DNA of 64,000 nucleotides, taken from NCBI GenBank assembly GCA_958267355.1, contig OY279575.1:1758295-1822294 (forward strand), written 5' to 3'. The position numbers and the translations under genes are program-made. The notes below the pieces were generated by a model. That model did not search any database. It was not told where the DNA came from and saw only the letters and a program-made list of their open reading frames with translations. Numbering within the stretch: position 1 is the stretch's first letter; the number at the start of each line of letters is the position of its first letter. Shown here piece after piece: positions 48,977 through 59,661 of the stretch. The stretch is from an uncultured Alphaproteobacteria bacterium. GTDB taxonomy: Bacteria; Pseudomonadota; Alphaproteobacteria; JALCBB01.

Positions 48977-49713
48977 CAGTGTAGAAGCAGCAGGACAAGC
49001 CCAAACACCACCGCCAAGCCTGCCAGCGAAACCCAAGGCAAGTGGCTGTCAATAAAGCGGCGCACGGAATCGCCCCAGATACGCAATAGAATCGCTTCTA
49101 TGTAGAATCGCGCTCCGCGTGAGAGGAGAGAAAACACCACAAAGGTCAGGAGCGGCATACCTGCCGCTCCACTGGATAGAGCTATGACCTTGTAGGGAAA
49201 GGGGGTAAATCCGCCCATAAAGACAAACCAAGCCCCCCAATCGCGGTATAAGGCTCGGGCTTCGTTAAAACGCTCTGTAACGCCCAGAGCGTTGATTAGA
49301 GGCAAGGCGAGCGACTCATAGGCCCACACCCCCAGGAACCAGCCAACAAGCCCTCCAGCGACAGATGACAGCGTGACAATCGCGGCAAAAAACAGGGCGC
49401 GTTTGGGGCGTGCTAGGCACATTGGCAAAAGCAGGGCTTCGCAGGGGAGAGGAAAGAAAATTCCCTCTATGAAGGAAAGCCCGCCCAGCCACCAAGAAGC
49501 CCGTGGCGAAGCACTGAGCGATAGGGTGCGATTCCACAGGGAATCCAAAAGCCCCCGCAAGGAATCAAAGCGCAAGGAACTAAAGCGCAAAGAACCAAAG
49601 CGCAAAGAAGTAAGGCGCAAAGAAGTAAGGTGAAGGAAGGCGAAAAGCCCGCGTTTTTTCTGGTGCTGGTCTGGCGGTGGCGGCGGTAAATCCGCTTCAG
49701 GGGCAGGAGTCAC
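48976..49713 (-). CDS. YqaA/DedA family membrane protein
   Basis: SFIE..FFP.P, FTPFPYKV and RGARF motifs. Confidence 0.88.
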   Translation of the reverse strand: MTPAPEADLPPPPPDQHQKKRGLFAFLHLTSLRLTSLRFGSLRFSSLRFDSLRGLLDSLWNRTLSLSASPRASWWLGGLSFIEGIFFPLPCEALLLPMCLARPKRALFFAAIVTLSSVAGGLVGWFLGVWAYESLALPLINALGVTERFNEARALYRDWGAWFVFMGGFTPFPYKVIALSSGAAGMPLLTFVVFSLLSRGARFYIEAILLRIWGDSVRRFIDSHLPWVSLAGLAVVFGLVLLLLH

Positions 49714-50642
49714 TTCTTTGACTCATCGTTGTTGTGCCCGTTGCCCTGTCCGTCTCCCTGTCCGTCTCCCTGTCCGTCTCTGTGCCCATCGCTGTGCCCG
49801 TTGCTGTTGGGAGCTTCCAGCACCGCGTTTTCACGCCGCGGAATCGCCACCGCATGCAAACCCCCATCAACATGCAAAACTTCGCCCGTCACCCCTTCGG
49901 ATAAAGACGAAACCAGATACAAAGCACTTCGCCCCAGCTCGTGCGACTCGGGGTTATGTTTGAGCAACGCATTCGCCGCCGACCATGAAAAGATATAGCG
50001 TCCCGACGATATAGCCGCACCCGAAGAAGTCCGCACAGGACCCGCAGAAATCGCGTTAATGCGAATTCCCTTGCCGCCCAAATCCGCCGCCAGATAGCGC
50101 ACACTGGCTTCTAAGGCAGCTTTGGCGACTCCCATAACATTGTAGTTGGGTACTACGCGTTCGGCTCCGAGATACGATAAAGACAAGATCGCGCCGCCAG
50201 CTTGCATATACCCTTCAGCCGCCCGTGCCACTTCGGTCAGGCTATAACACGAAATTTCCATCGCCTTGCGGAAGTTTTCAGCAGAGACACGCATATAGTC
50301 TCCCGCTAGGTCATGGCGCACAGCTCCCGCAATGGAATGCACCACGAAGTCTAGCCCCGCCTGCCAATTGTCGGTCAAATGCTGAAAGACTTGCGCCGCC
50401 GAATTTTCCTGGCTGACATCACAGATCAGCGGCGGCTGATTGGATACAGGTTCAATAATTGGCGCAATCCGCCCCGCTAAAGTTTCATTCTGTGCCGTGA
50501 AGGCGAGTTCAGCTCCCGCCGCATGCAGGACACGAGCCACACCCCAAGCAATGGAGTGGCGATTAGCCGCTCCCATAATGACTCCCCGCTTGCCCTTGAG
50601 CAGTGGGCCTGGGTCAAAGTCTAAAGGCGTTTCTTCAGACAC
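49710..50642 (-). CDS. fabI: Enoyl-ACP reductase
   Basis: GKRG.IMG.AN..SIAWG, YNVMGVAKAALEASVRYLA and NAISAGP motifs. Confidence 0.94.
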   Translation of the reverse strand: MSEETPLDFDPGPLLKGKRGVIMGAANRHSIAWGVARVLHAAGAELAFTAQNETLAGRIAPIIEPVSNQPPLICDVSQENSAAQVFQHLTDNWQAGLDFVVHSIAGAVRHDLAGDYMRVSAENFRKAMEISCYSLTEVARAAEGYMQAGGAILSLSYLGAERVVPNYNVMGVAKAALEASVRYLAADLGGKGIRINAISAGPVRTSSGAAISSGRYIFSWSAANALLKHNPESHELGRSALYLVSSLSEGVTGEVLHVDGGLHAVAIPRRENAVLEAPNSNGHSDGHRDGQGDGQGDGQGNGHNNDESKK

Positions 50643-50656
50643 TTGTTTGCCTTCGC

Positions 50657-51913
50657 TTAAATCTCCGCCGCCTTGCGGAATAAGAGCGAACAATTCGTGC
50701 CGCCAAAGCCAAACGAGTTAGACATTGCTAGCTTGACCTCTCGGCTTAGAGCCGCTCCACGGACAAGCGGAAATTTTTGCGCTATCGCATCAGGCGAGTC
50801 CAAGTTCGCTGTCGCCGGACAAAACCCCCCACGCATCGCCAAGAGCGAAATTACTGCTTCAATGGCTCCTGCTGCTCCTTGGGCGTGTCCTGTGAGCGAC
50901 TTGCTGCTGCTAATCGGCGGCGACTGCTCAGGACTGCCAAAGGCTTCAGCAATTGCTTCTAGCTCAATTCCGTCTCCGACTTTGGTGCTGGTGCCGTGGG
51001 CGTTGATGTAGTCAATGGTTTCGCCATCTTCTAAAAGGTTAATTGCCTGTTTCATGCAGCGTGCTGCTCCTTCCCCCGATGGAGCTACCATATCGGCTCC
51101 ATCGCTGGTGATACCGCCGCCTAAGAGCTCTGCCCAGATGGTGGCTCCGCGGGCTTTTGCTCGCTCCCAATCTTCAAGGAGCAAAACCCCCGCCCCGCCC
51201 GAAATCACAAAGCCATCGCGTCCCGCATCATACGGACGACTCGCCGCTTCCGCCCGATTGTTATAGCCGCTGGATAAAGCCCCCATCGCGTCAAACAGCA
51301 TAGAAAGGCTCCAGTGCAGGTCTTCGGCTCCGCCTGCCAGCATAACTTCGGCGTCTCCGCGGCGGATATAATCCGCCGCCACAAGAATGCAGTGCGCTCC
51401 CGTAGAGCAAGCAGACGAAATGGAAAAACTCGGCCCGCGTACCTTCAACGCTGTCGCCAAGTTCGCGGACACAGTAGAAGACATACAACGCGGCACCATA
51501 TACGGCCCGATCTTTCGTGTACCTCCTGACTCGGCAAGAATCCGTGCTGCTTCCACCTGATTAGAAGTGCTTGGCCCACCCGAGCCCATCACCAAGCCCG
51601 TTTTTTCGCTTTCAACTTCGTTTGCTTCGAGTTCTGCGTTAGCGATTGCTTGTTGGGCGGCGATGTATCCGTAGCCTGAGCCTGGGCCCATGAAGCGCAA
51701 AAGCCGCCTGTCTATGTGGTCGGACAGGTCTAAGTCAATGGCTCCTTCTACATGGCTACGAAACCCGCGTTCGGCATATTCAGGAGCAAAACGAATTCCG
51801 CTTGTTCCTTGGCGTAGGGCAGTTTCCACTGCTTGGCAGTCATTGCCAATAGACGACACCACGCCCACACCCGTGACTGCAACACGGCGAGAAGAATTCG
51901 CTAAGTCGGTCAA
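50657..51913 (-). CDS. fabB: 3-oxoacyl-ACP synthase I
   Basis: SISSACSTGAHC, YINAHGTST and SNSFGFGGTN motifs. Confidence 0.94.
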   Translation of the reverse strand: MTDLANSSRRVAVTGVGVVSSIGNDCQAVETALRQGTSGIRFAPEYAERGFRSHVEGAIDLDLSDHIDRRLLRFMGPGSGYGYIAAQQAIANAELEANEVESEKTGLVMGSGGPSTSNQVEAARILAESGGTRKIGPYMVPRCMSSTVSANLATALKVRGPSFSISSACSTGAHCILVAADYIRRGDAEVMLAGGAEDLHWSLSMLFDAMGALSSGYNNRAEAASRPYDAGRDGFVISGGAGVLLLEDWERAKARGATIWAELLGGGITSDGADMVAPSGEGAARCMKQAINLLEDGETIDYINAHGTSTKVGDGIELEAIAEAFGSPEQSPPISSSKSLTGHAQGAAGAIEAVISLLAMRGGFCPATANLDSPDAIAQKFPLVRGAALSREVKLAMSNSFGFGGTNCSLLFRKAAEI

Positions 51914-52455
51914 GATTCTTCCACGGGCAAAGCCGCGCCTTCAGGAACCACAATGACTCGCAAGTCTTCTGCACGATAGACAACTTTTCCGTCGGCTTCT
52001 ACTTCTCCATCGGCAAGGATAACCTGCGCCCGCCGCAAAATCCGCTTCGGATGCACCCGATAGACCAACTGCTTAACCGCAGGCGTAATCTCGCCCAAAA
52101 ACTTAATGCTTCCTGTGCCCAAAGCTCTACCGCGTCCCTTGAAGCCAAGATAGCTCAAAAAGAAACCTGACAACTGCCACAAGCCATCAAGCCCCAAACA
52201 GCCTGGCATAATCGGATCATCACGAAAGTGACAAGCAAAGTACCAGTGCGAGTCCTTCACCTCGGTTTCTGCTATGGCTTCGCCTTTGCCGAATCGTCCG
52301 CCTGAGTTGTGCATATAGGTTACTCTGTCTAGCATCAGCATTGGCGGCAAAGGCAAACGCGGAGCATTGCCACCAAATAGCTTTCCTTCGGCTCCGCGAA
52401 TGAGTTCTTCATACGAGAAGCTGACGGGCTTGTCTGCGGGAGTGGTCTGGTCCAT
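51910..52455 (-). CDS. fabA: 3-hydroxydecanoyl-ACP dehydratase/isomerase
   Basis: LPLPPMLM.DR, CHF..DP.MPGCLGLD and GRALG motifs. Confidence 0.94.
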   Translation of the reverse strand: MDQTTPADKPVSFSYEELIRGAEGKLFGGNAPRLPLPPMLMLDRVTYMHNSGGRFGKGEAIAETEVKDSHWYFACHFRDDPIMPGCLGLDGLWQLSGFFLSYLGFKGRGRALGTGSIKFLGEITPAVKQLVYRVHPKRILRRAQVILADGEVEADGKVVYRAEDLRVIVVPEGAALPVEES

Positions 52456-52539
52456 AGGGCAAATATACAGGAGACGAAGGATAATAACGCAGTCTAAGGG
52501 AATCCAAGGGAAGCTATGCAGAATCCGCGCAAAATTCAC

Positions 52540-52800
52540 GCAGAATCCCCGCAGAATCTTGAGCAGAATCCTAAGCAGAATCCTAAGCAGAATCTATGCG
52601 AATTCAAGAAAACTCGCAGAAAGCCCAGAAAATCCTAGAAAACCCACAGAAAGCCCAAGAAAACTGCCAAAAAGCCTAGAAAACTCCCAGAAAAGCCCCA
52701 AAAACTTAAGAAAACTGCTGAAAAGCCTAGAAAACTCCCAGAAAAGCCCAGAAAACTCCCAGAAAAGCCCCAAAAACTTAAGAAAACTGCTGAAAAGCCC
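52540..52800. repeat. Degenerate A-rich arrays (gcagaatcc; agaaaagccc) with higher-order duplication
   Basis: Visible periodicity; gaaaactcccagaaaagccccaaaaacttaagaaaactgctgaaaagcc occurs twice. Confidence 0.85.
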
Positions 52801-53041
52801 GACAATCAACTCTGCGCTAATAGGGCTAAGACGAATTCAAGGACGAATTTTGCCGAAAATGAATCTAACAACTGCTCAAATCCGTAAAAAAACCTTGAAA
52901 ATATAGTAATATGGAGAAAAAAAGATTTTTTTGTCAAAAAAAAGTCTTTTTTATTCCAATTCGCCCCAATTTCGGCTATACTGGCTTCCATAACCAAGCG
53001 ACGCATAACAATTCCGATCCCTTCCAAGCAGGAGACCAAAA

Positions 53042-53512
53042 GTGGAAGAAACCGCCAAACTTGCTGCTGCCCAAACCGCCGCTGCTGCCCTAAAAGAGCT
53101 GCTCAAAAAACGCGGATTGCGTCCCACCCGCCACCGCATGACCGTCGCTTTGTTGCTCTTTCCCAACGGACCACAGAATGTGATCCCCCGCCACTGTACG
53201 GCGGAAGAAATCCACCACGCTGTGCAAAACAGCGGAACCCAGATGTCACTGGCAACTGTCTACAACACGCTTAACCAGTTCAGCCAGTACGGGATCCTAC
53301 GCAAAGTCTCAGGCGGAGCAAACTGCTCATTCTACGACACAGTCACCGAGCCCCACCACCACATCTACCACGAGACCGAAAACCGCCTGGAAGATGTATC
53401 TCCGCACACGCCTGAATTTCAATCCATTGCCGACACGCAACGCAAGCTTGCGCCCAACTCCAACGTTGAGGTGATGGTGCGCGTATCCCGCCCCACAAAA
53501 ATCGCTTCCTAA
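53042..53512 (+). CDS. irr: Iron response regulator Irr (Fur family)
   Basis: GLRPTR.R, SLATVYNTLNQF and FYDT...PHHH motifs; divergent from fabA as in other alphaproteobacteria. Confidence 0.82.
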   Translation: MEETAKLAAAQTAAAALKELLKKRGLRPTRHRMTVALLLFPNGPQNVIPRHCTAEEIHHAVQNSGTQMSLATVYNTLNQFSQYGILRKVSGGANCSFYDTVTEPHHHIYHETENRLEDVSPHTPEFQSIADTQRKLAPNSNVEVMVRVSRPTKIAS

Positions 53513-53567
53513 CTTTTTTACGCACCCTTGCGGGCGCTCTTGCCGCATCTCGCCTGTCTTCTAACTA

Positions 53568-53920
53568 CCCTGATTCCTAAGCCGCAAAAAAATGGGTCAG
53601 GGTTAGTCTTTACTTCAACATTTAATTTACGCACCCTTGCGGGTGCTCTTGCCGCCTACGGCGGCGTCCGCTTCGCTCCGCTCGTTTCACTCCGCTACGC
53701 TTGCGCTCGTGCGCTACGCGCACTCGGTGGGTCTTCATCTCTAAGGTTGGGAAAGGGCAAGCCGCTACTTCCCCGTCTTCATCTTACTGGTGGGTTAAGC
53801 CTTTATAGGGCTTCATCTCAAAAATGGGCAGTGGCTCAATTAGCCCTGTATTGAAACTATGGGGCTTAACGGCTGGTGGGGGCATAACACTTGGCACGAA
53901 TGCCGCACCGCAAGGTGCCC
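53568..53920 (+). repeat. Copy of the dispersed modular hairpin element
   Basis: ta-ccctgattcctaagccg start. 53754-53828 matches the reverse complement of ~1345-1420. Ends with ggcacgaatgccgcaccgcaagg. Confidence 0.8.
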
Positions 53921-53978
53921 GCTACTTCTGCCGTCTAGCTATAAAATTAAGGATTAAACCGCTTGAACGCACAAGCCC

Positions 53979-55031
53979 CTAACACTGCAATTCATCCTTA
54001 AAACCTCTAACCCCAGACAAAATCTCATCTTCAATAGCCTGCGAAAGCTCCATGCGAGCCAAAGATTCTTCAAATAAAGATTCAGACCGCCTAAGCTCGC
54101 GACAAGTGCGACTATAATCTCCCCTATAGCCAGCCACGCCAGCAAGACCAAAATATCCAATCGCAGATAACATCTTGTTATCTAACTTATCACTCAACTT
54201 CACAGATTTTTTGAAAAACTTTCCCGCCTTAATCCAATCACTCCGTATCACCTCTACGCCACCAAGGAAAAAATACGCAGCTACCAGCCTGTCTTCATCT
54301 CCATTTTCTTCGTATAACTCAAGAGCCTTGTCAATAAATGACTCTGCTTCCTCAAGCTCATCTTCATCCGCTTCCTCAAATACAGTCCCACCAACAGCAA
54401 TTAACGCAAGCCCCGCATAACTGTCAGCAAGCTCTCTTTTATAGTCCAAAGATTCACTAATCTCCCGCGCACGGCGAAACAACTTCTCCGCATCCTTCAC
54501 AGAACCCGAATTTACCTCCAAAGTCCCAAGCAAATTGTAAGTCTCCGCCATTCCTTTCTGATCACCCAAAGCGTCATACAGGTCTAGTGCCTGTTGATAC
54601 AGATCCTGCGACTCGTCAAGGTTTGCACTCTCGTACCCAATCGTCTCAAGAGCAGACAATCCCGAAACAACAGTGCCAATCTTATTGTAGCTAGCCGCAA
54701 TTCCCCCCTTGTCATCTAAACCTTCGTAAAGAGCTAACGCCTCTCTATGATGCGACTCTGCTTCATTAAAATAGTTGTGTAGTACCGCAATATCACCAAG
54801 AAAATTATGCGTCTCAGCAAGGTGACTCTTAGCATCAGACGCTTCAAAAAGCGGAACCGCCTGAAGATACGCTTCCTTGGCTTCGTCAAGCCGCCACGCC
54901 TTGTGGTGCTCGCGTGCCGCCTCGAAAAGAACAACAGGATCTTCTTGAGCAAACGCAAAACGCGCCGCTCCAAGCGACAACACCACGCCCAAAGCAAGGA
55001 CAAAAACAAAAAGAAAGCTACGAACCATCAC
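53979..55031 (-). CDS. Exported tetratricopeptide-repeat protein
   Basis: Signal peptide ending AFA-Q; ~40-aa helical repeats (AL.LY..L.D..G.A..YN.LG). Confidence 0.85.
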   Translation of the reverse strand: MMVRSFLFVFVLALGVVLSLGAARFAFAQEDPVVLFEAAREHHKAWRLDEAKEAYLQAVPLFEASDAKSHLAETHNFLGDIAVLHNYFNEAESHHREALALYEGLDDKGGIAASYNKIGTVVSGLSALETIGYESANLDESQDLYQQALDLYDALGDQKGMAETYNLLGTLEVNSGSVKDAEKLFRRAREISESLDYKRELADSYAGLALIAVGGTVFEEADEDELEEAESFIDKALELYEENGDEDRLVAAYFFLGGVEVIRSDWIKAGKFFKKSVKLSDKLDNKMLSAIGYFGLAGVAGYRGDYSRTCRELRRSESLFEESLARMELSQAIEDEILSGVRGFKDELQC

Positions 55032-55081
55032 GGCAACATAGCACAGATCTACAAAATCATACCTGTTTTTAAAAAATCAGG

Positions 55082-55954
55082 TTAAGAATAACTTTCCTTC
55101 TGCGCACTAACCAGCAGGCGGAGCCAGGCGGGGAGGTGGGAGGACTCGCCTCGGCGGGCAAACATAGTCGCTACGCCAGTCGCCGCATCACGACGCTGCT
55201 CCGCATCTTCAGGATCAAGACCTAAGCACAAAGCATAGTTAGACACTATCCTGCCCCAATTGCGACGCACAGAACCATTCGCAACCCGTCCAGAGTGATA
55301 CACCGACTCAAACGCCATACGCTGTCCGTCTTGTCGCCGCGCCGCTTCCACAAATGACGGAAAACCACGCAACGATCCCGTCGCATAGTATATGTCAGTC
55401 GCCACAAGACGCTGCCCGTCCGTTAGCCCGTGCCAGTGCGCTTCGCCTATCACTCCAGCCGCCGCTTCTGCTCGCTCAAGAATCTCCAACGATAAACGCT
55501 CGCGAACCCACGACAAAGGCAATTCCAAGTCAGTACAATCACGCCAGTCAGATGCTTGACGGACACTAGCCAAACCTTCCGCCGCCGCTTCACGCAAAGC
55601 TGTCCAAGCCGCTCGCTTTTCTGCCGTGTCCGCCGCAATGCCCGCTCCACGCCGCTCAAACGGCAAAGATGTAAACGATTGCTCGTCAGAACACAAAAAG
55701 CCCACTCCCACTGTCACCAAGCCCTTCGTGTCAAGATACGGATGCAAGACCACTCCTTCATGACGCTCAAAGTGGCGGATGGCCCGCGTTAGTGCCGCTC
55801 CGTTCATAGTTAGTGTGCTAGTTGGGGGAGGGGTGGGCTTTGCCGCTGATTGGGGGGTAGGGGCAGGTTCAGGGGTAAGGGTAGATTTCGGCTTCATAAC
55901 AGACTCCACGATACGCAGTTTCGCAACTCCCATAGTAGGAATTGAGACTTTCAC
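55082..55954 (-). CDS. Lysozyme-like (GH24/phage muramidase-type) protein; start uncertain
   Basis: HEG....PYLDTKG.VTVGVGF catalytic-type E-x8-D-x5-T motif. Confidence 0.65.
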   Translation of the reverse strand: MKVSIPTMGVAKLRIVESVMKPKSTLTPEPAPTPQSAAKPTPPPTSTLTMNGAALTRAIRHFERHEGVVLHPYLDTKGLVTVGVGFLCSDEQSFTSLPFERRGAGIAADTAEKRAAWTALREAAAEGLASVRQASDWRDCTDLELPLSWVRERLSLEILERAEAAAGVIGEAHWHGLTDGQRLVATDIYYATGSLRGFPSFVEAARRQDGQRMAFESVYHSGRVANGSVRRNWGRIVSNYALCLGLDPEDAEQRRDAATGVATMFARRGESSHLPAWLRLLVSAQKESYS

Positions 55955-56084
55955 TCCCCATTTTCAAATTTTTTCTCGCCCTTACACGCCTTATCCGCCT
56001 TACACGCCCATAAGCCGCCAATGCCGCCAATTTCATCTCCCCCTATACTCGCCTTAATACCCCCCCATAGCCCCACAATACTCC

Positions 56085-56500
56085 CACGCCAAAACCCGCT
56101 TATATCTTCACGCTAAAACCCGCTTATATCTTCACGCCAAAAGCCGCTTATATCTTCACGCCAAAAGCCGCTTATATCTCCACGCCAGAACCCGCTTATA
56201 TCTCCACGCCAAAAGCTGCTTATATCTTCACGCCAGAACCCGCTTATATCTCTACGCCAAAAGCCGCTTATACCCCTACGCCAAAACCTGCTTATACCCC
56301 TACGCCAAAAGCTGCTTATATCCCTACGCCAAAAGCCGCTTATATCTCTACGCCAGAACCCGCTTATATCTCTACGCCAGAACCCGCCTATAGCCCTACG
56401 CCAGAAGCCGCTTATACCCCTACGCTAAAACCTGCTTATATCCCTACGCCAAAAGCCGCCTATATCTTCACGCCAGAACCCGCTTATATCTCTACGCCAA
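56085..56500. repeat. Tandem repeat, 24-bp unit (cacgccaaaacccgcttatatctt), ~17 copies
   Basis: Units start at 56085, 56109, 56133, 56157 and onward, with no spacers. Confidence 0.93.
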
Positions 56501-56726
56501 GCCACGCCGCTCAGCCGCTAAAATAGCCACAGAGACGCTAAAACAGCCGCTCAGATGCTCACAGAGACGCTAAAGAGACGCTAACAAGAATGTGGTAGGC
56601 TCGTAAAAGCCCCCCTGAAATACTTTATGGCTTCTAACCCCTCCCTGTCGCCTCCACAGGTGCCATAGGAGAGGACAAGCAACAACGCAATCCCGTAAGC
56701 CCCCGCTTCAGCCCCGTTCAGCCCAG

Positions 56727-58574
56727 ATGTCCGCTAAAGACCCCATCCACAGTGGCGAGCAAAACCCCGCACTCGCCGCTCGCGGCGGAGCTTCCGCCAC
56801 GCTCACAGGTGCGCCAGAGCGAGTGTTTCTTTTTGACACTACGCTCCGCGACGGAGCCCAGACCCGTAGCATAGATTTCACGCTCGTAGATAAAGTCCGT
56901 ATCGCCCGCGCCCTGGACGCGCTAGGCGTAGATTACATAGAAGGCGGATGGCCAGGCGCAAACGCCATAGATGACTCCTTCTTCGCCGACCCGCCAGAGC
57001 TCAAGAACGCGCAACTCACCGCCTTTGGAATGACACGCCGTAGCGGCCGCTCCGCCGACAACGACGAAACCCTGCGCGCACTGCTCAACGCTAAAGCTCC
57101 CGTTGTTTGCATGGTCGGCAAAGCCTGGAAATACCAAGCCGAAGAAATACTAAAAGTTTCAGGCGCAGAAAATCGACGGATGATTTCCGAAAGCCTCGCC
57201 CTAATAAGCCGCCACAAAAATGAAGTGCTTTTTGATGCCGAACATTTCTTCGACGGCTGGGCCGATGATCGCGATTTCTCCCTGTCGTGCCTAGAAGCCG
57301 CGCTAGAAGGCGGAGCCGACTGGCTTGTCCTATGCGACACCAATGGCGGAGTTCTGCCCGAACGTATCGTAGAAACCATCCACGAAGTACGACAAGCCCT
57401 GCCCGAAGCCAAACTAGGAATTCATCTCCACAACGACACCGAAACCGCCGTCGCAGGAAGCCTTGCCGCACTTACCGCAGGTGTCAGACAAATCCAAGGC
57501 ACCTGCAACGGATTCGGCGAACGCTGCGGCAATGCAAACCTAATCTCGCTCATCGGCTCGCTATCACTAAAAACACGATGGCAAACACGGGTAACACCAG
57601 AACGCTTGCAGAGACTCAGCGAAGTCTCAGGGCTTCTAAACGAACGAGTCGGTAGACTTCCTGACCCAAGTGCCGCCTATGTCGGCGTACAAGCCTTCGC
57701 CCACAAAGGCGGATTACACGCCTCAGCAGTCGCTAAAGATCCGCGGTCTTACGAACACATAGAACCCGAATGGGTAGGCAATCGCCGCGAAGTACTAGTC
57801 TCAGACCAAGCAGGACGAGCCAATGTACTCACCCGATTACGACAGCTCGGTATGGAAGTAGATGACAAAACCGCTTCCCTAAAAGATCTTGTCAAACGCA
57901 TCAAAGAACGCGAAGCCGCTGGCTATTCATACGAAGGCGCAGATGGCTCGCTGTGGGTACTAGCACAACGTTTCTTACACAATCGCTCCGAGCCGTTCTT
58001 GGTGGAGCGGTTCCGCCTAATCAGTGAGCGAAGACGCAACGCTCTAGGCGAGCAAATCACCGAAAGCGAAGCCACCGTATCACTCATCGTCGGTAGCCAA
58101 GAACAGCAAATGACCGTAGCACTCGGGCAAAGTGGACCCGTAGATGCACTCAATCGCGCTTTGCGTAAAGCACTTCTGCCTATCTTTCCAAGCTTAGAGC
58201 CTATGGTCTTGAGCGACTATAAGGTGCGGATTTTAAACTCCAGTGATGGCACGCGAGCCACAACCCGTGTCCTGATAGATTGGACTGATAACGAACTGGA
58301 GTGGACAACGGTTGGAGTCTCTCCGAATATACTGAACGCTTCTTTGGAAGCCATCGTAGACGGAGTCTTCTGGCGACTCTTCTCTGCCGAAGATGCAAAT
58401 AAGGTAGGTAAGGTAGGTAAGGTAGGTAAGGCAAAGACAGCAGGCGTAGCAGGCACAGCAAGCAAGGTAGCTAAGGCAAAGACAGCAGGTACAGCAAGCA
58501 AGGCACAAGCCGCCCACGCCAAGAGCAAAAAGACAAAAGGCAGACAAGAAAAAGCAAACGTTTCCGTTGCGTGA
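56727..58574 (+). CDS. cimA: Citramalate synthase
   Basis: DTTLRDGAQ, EGGWPGAN, DAEHFFDG, GERCGNAN and AFAHKGGLH motifs. Confidence 0.93.
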   Translation: MSAKDPIHSGEQNPALAARGGASATLTGAPERVFLFDTTLRDGAQTRSIDFTLVDKVRIARALDALGVDYIEGGWPGANAIDDSFFADPPELKNAQLTAFGMTRRSGRSADNDETLRALLNAKAPVVCMVGKAWKYQAEEILKVSGAENRRMISESLALISRHKNEVLFDAEHFFDGWADDRDFSLSCLEAALEGGADWLVLCDTNGGVLPERIVETIHEVRQALPEAKLGIHLHNDTETAVAGSLAALTAGVRQIQGTCNGFGERCGNANLISLIGSLSLKTRWQTRVTPERLQRLSEVSGLLNERVGRLPDPSAAYVGVQAFAHKGGLHASAVAKDPRSYEHIEPEWVGNRREVLVSDQAGRANVLTRLRQLGMEVDDKTASLKDLVKRIKEREAAGYSYEGADGSLWVLAQRFLHNRSEPFLVERFRLISERRRNALGEQITESEATVSLIVGSQEQQMTVALGQSGPVDALNRALRKALLPIFPSLEPMVLSDYKVRILNSSDGTRATTRVLIDWTDNELEWTTVGVSPNILNASLEAIVDGVFWRLFSAEDANKVGKVGKVGKAKTAGVAGTASKVAKAKTAGTASKAQAAHAKSKKTKGRQEKANVSVA

Positions 58575-59395
58575 GGAATCGCGTGACTGACCCAATAGCG
58601 AATTTGGCAATTGTCTTAGTGCGTCCGCAGTTGGCGCAAAATGTCGGAATGACAGCCCGCGCAATGGCAAACTGTGGTGTTGTGGATCTGCGTCTCGTAA
58701 CTCCGCGATTTGCTTGGCACGATAGGCAAGCACAAGCAGAAGCCCAATCATCAGCTGGACGCAACAGCAAAATCGCCCACAAAGTTCTAAACCAAGCACA
58801 AGTTTTTTCTGACTTACCTAGTGCGCTCGCCGATCTACAACGGGTTTGGGCTACCAGCGCACGGACGCGCGATGTCGCAGTACCGCAAATGGACTTGCAA
58901 GAAGCTATGGCTGAAGTTGTCCTTGCCCAAGAGAAAAACTTGCGAACAGGAATTCTATTTGGTCCCGAACGCACAGGCCTAGACAATGATGAAATGGTTT
59001 TCGCCGAAGCACGGGTTTTTATCCCCTTGGCAGAAGGCGCAACTTCTCTCAACTTGGCACAAGCCGTATTGCTCACCTGCTGGGAGTGGCTACAGGCACA
59101 ACACGCCGCAGAAGCTATACCCCACGCCACACCCGCCACGGAAAGAAGCAGAAGTGCGGGAAGGCGTGAAAGTCCGGCTCGGCGTGAAGTGCTGGACGGG
59201 TTCTTGACCCGATTAGAAACAGAGCTAATCGCCGCCGATTACTATCCGCCAACAGAAACAGCAGAGACAATGCGCCGCAACCTGCGGGCTTTCTTTGCCC
59301 GTAGCCACGCCACAGCACAGGAAATCCAATCGTTAGAGGGAATGCTACGCGCACTTGCAGCACGCCGTGCCCTGCGGAGTAAAAAAACCGATTAA
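58571..59395 (+). CDS. trmJ: TrmJ/LasT family SPOUT RNA methyltransferase
   Basis: NVGMTARAMAN, FGPERTGL.N.E and SLNLAQAV motifs. Confidence 0.88.
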   Translation: MRNRVTDPIANLAIVLVRPQLAQNVGMTARAMANCGVVDLRLVTPRFAWHDRQAQAEAQSSAGRNSKIAHKVLNQAQVFSDLPSALADLQRVWATSARTRDVAVPQMDLQEAMAEVVLAQEKNLRTGILFGPERTGLDNDEMVFAEARVFIPLAEGATSLNLAQAVLLTCWEWLQAQHAAEAIPHATPATERSRSAGRRESPARREVLDGFLTRLETELIAADYYPPTETAETMRRNLRAFFARSHATAQEIQSLEGMLRALAARRALRSKKTD

Positions 59396-59661
59396 TTCGT
59401 GTTCTTTACGAATCCGCTTTTTTACGAATTCTTTTTTTACGAATTCATTTTTAAAGTAGCGTAAAGACAATTTGTACCAAGCCAAGTCTTCTTCGTCTGT
59501 ATCGTTTAAATTAGTGTCTTTAGCTGTGCCAAGCTTTGCTTGGCTAAGTCTTGTACAGACCACACACAGAAAGCTATAGACCACATACAGAAAGCTATAG
59601 ACCACGCATAGAAAGCTATAGACCACACACAGAAAGCAAATCTGCGTAAAGACAATTTGTA

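Noticed and set aside
52367..52906. 179-aa ORF and similar ORFs over arrays (4315-4512, 17834-18115, 43199-43465)
   Set aside because: Open frames produced by low-complexity tandem repeats.
55082..55954. Prophage
   Set aside because: Isolated lysozyme-like gene with no structural, holin or integrase genes nearby.
56085..56500. CRISPR array
   Set aside because: Contiguous 24-bp units without spacers.
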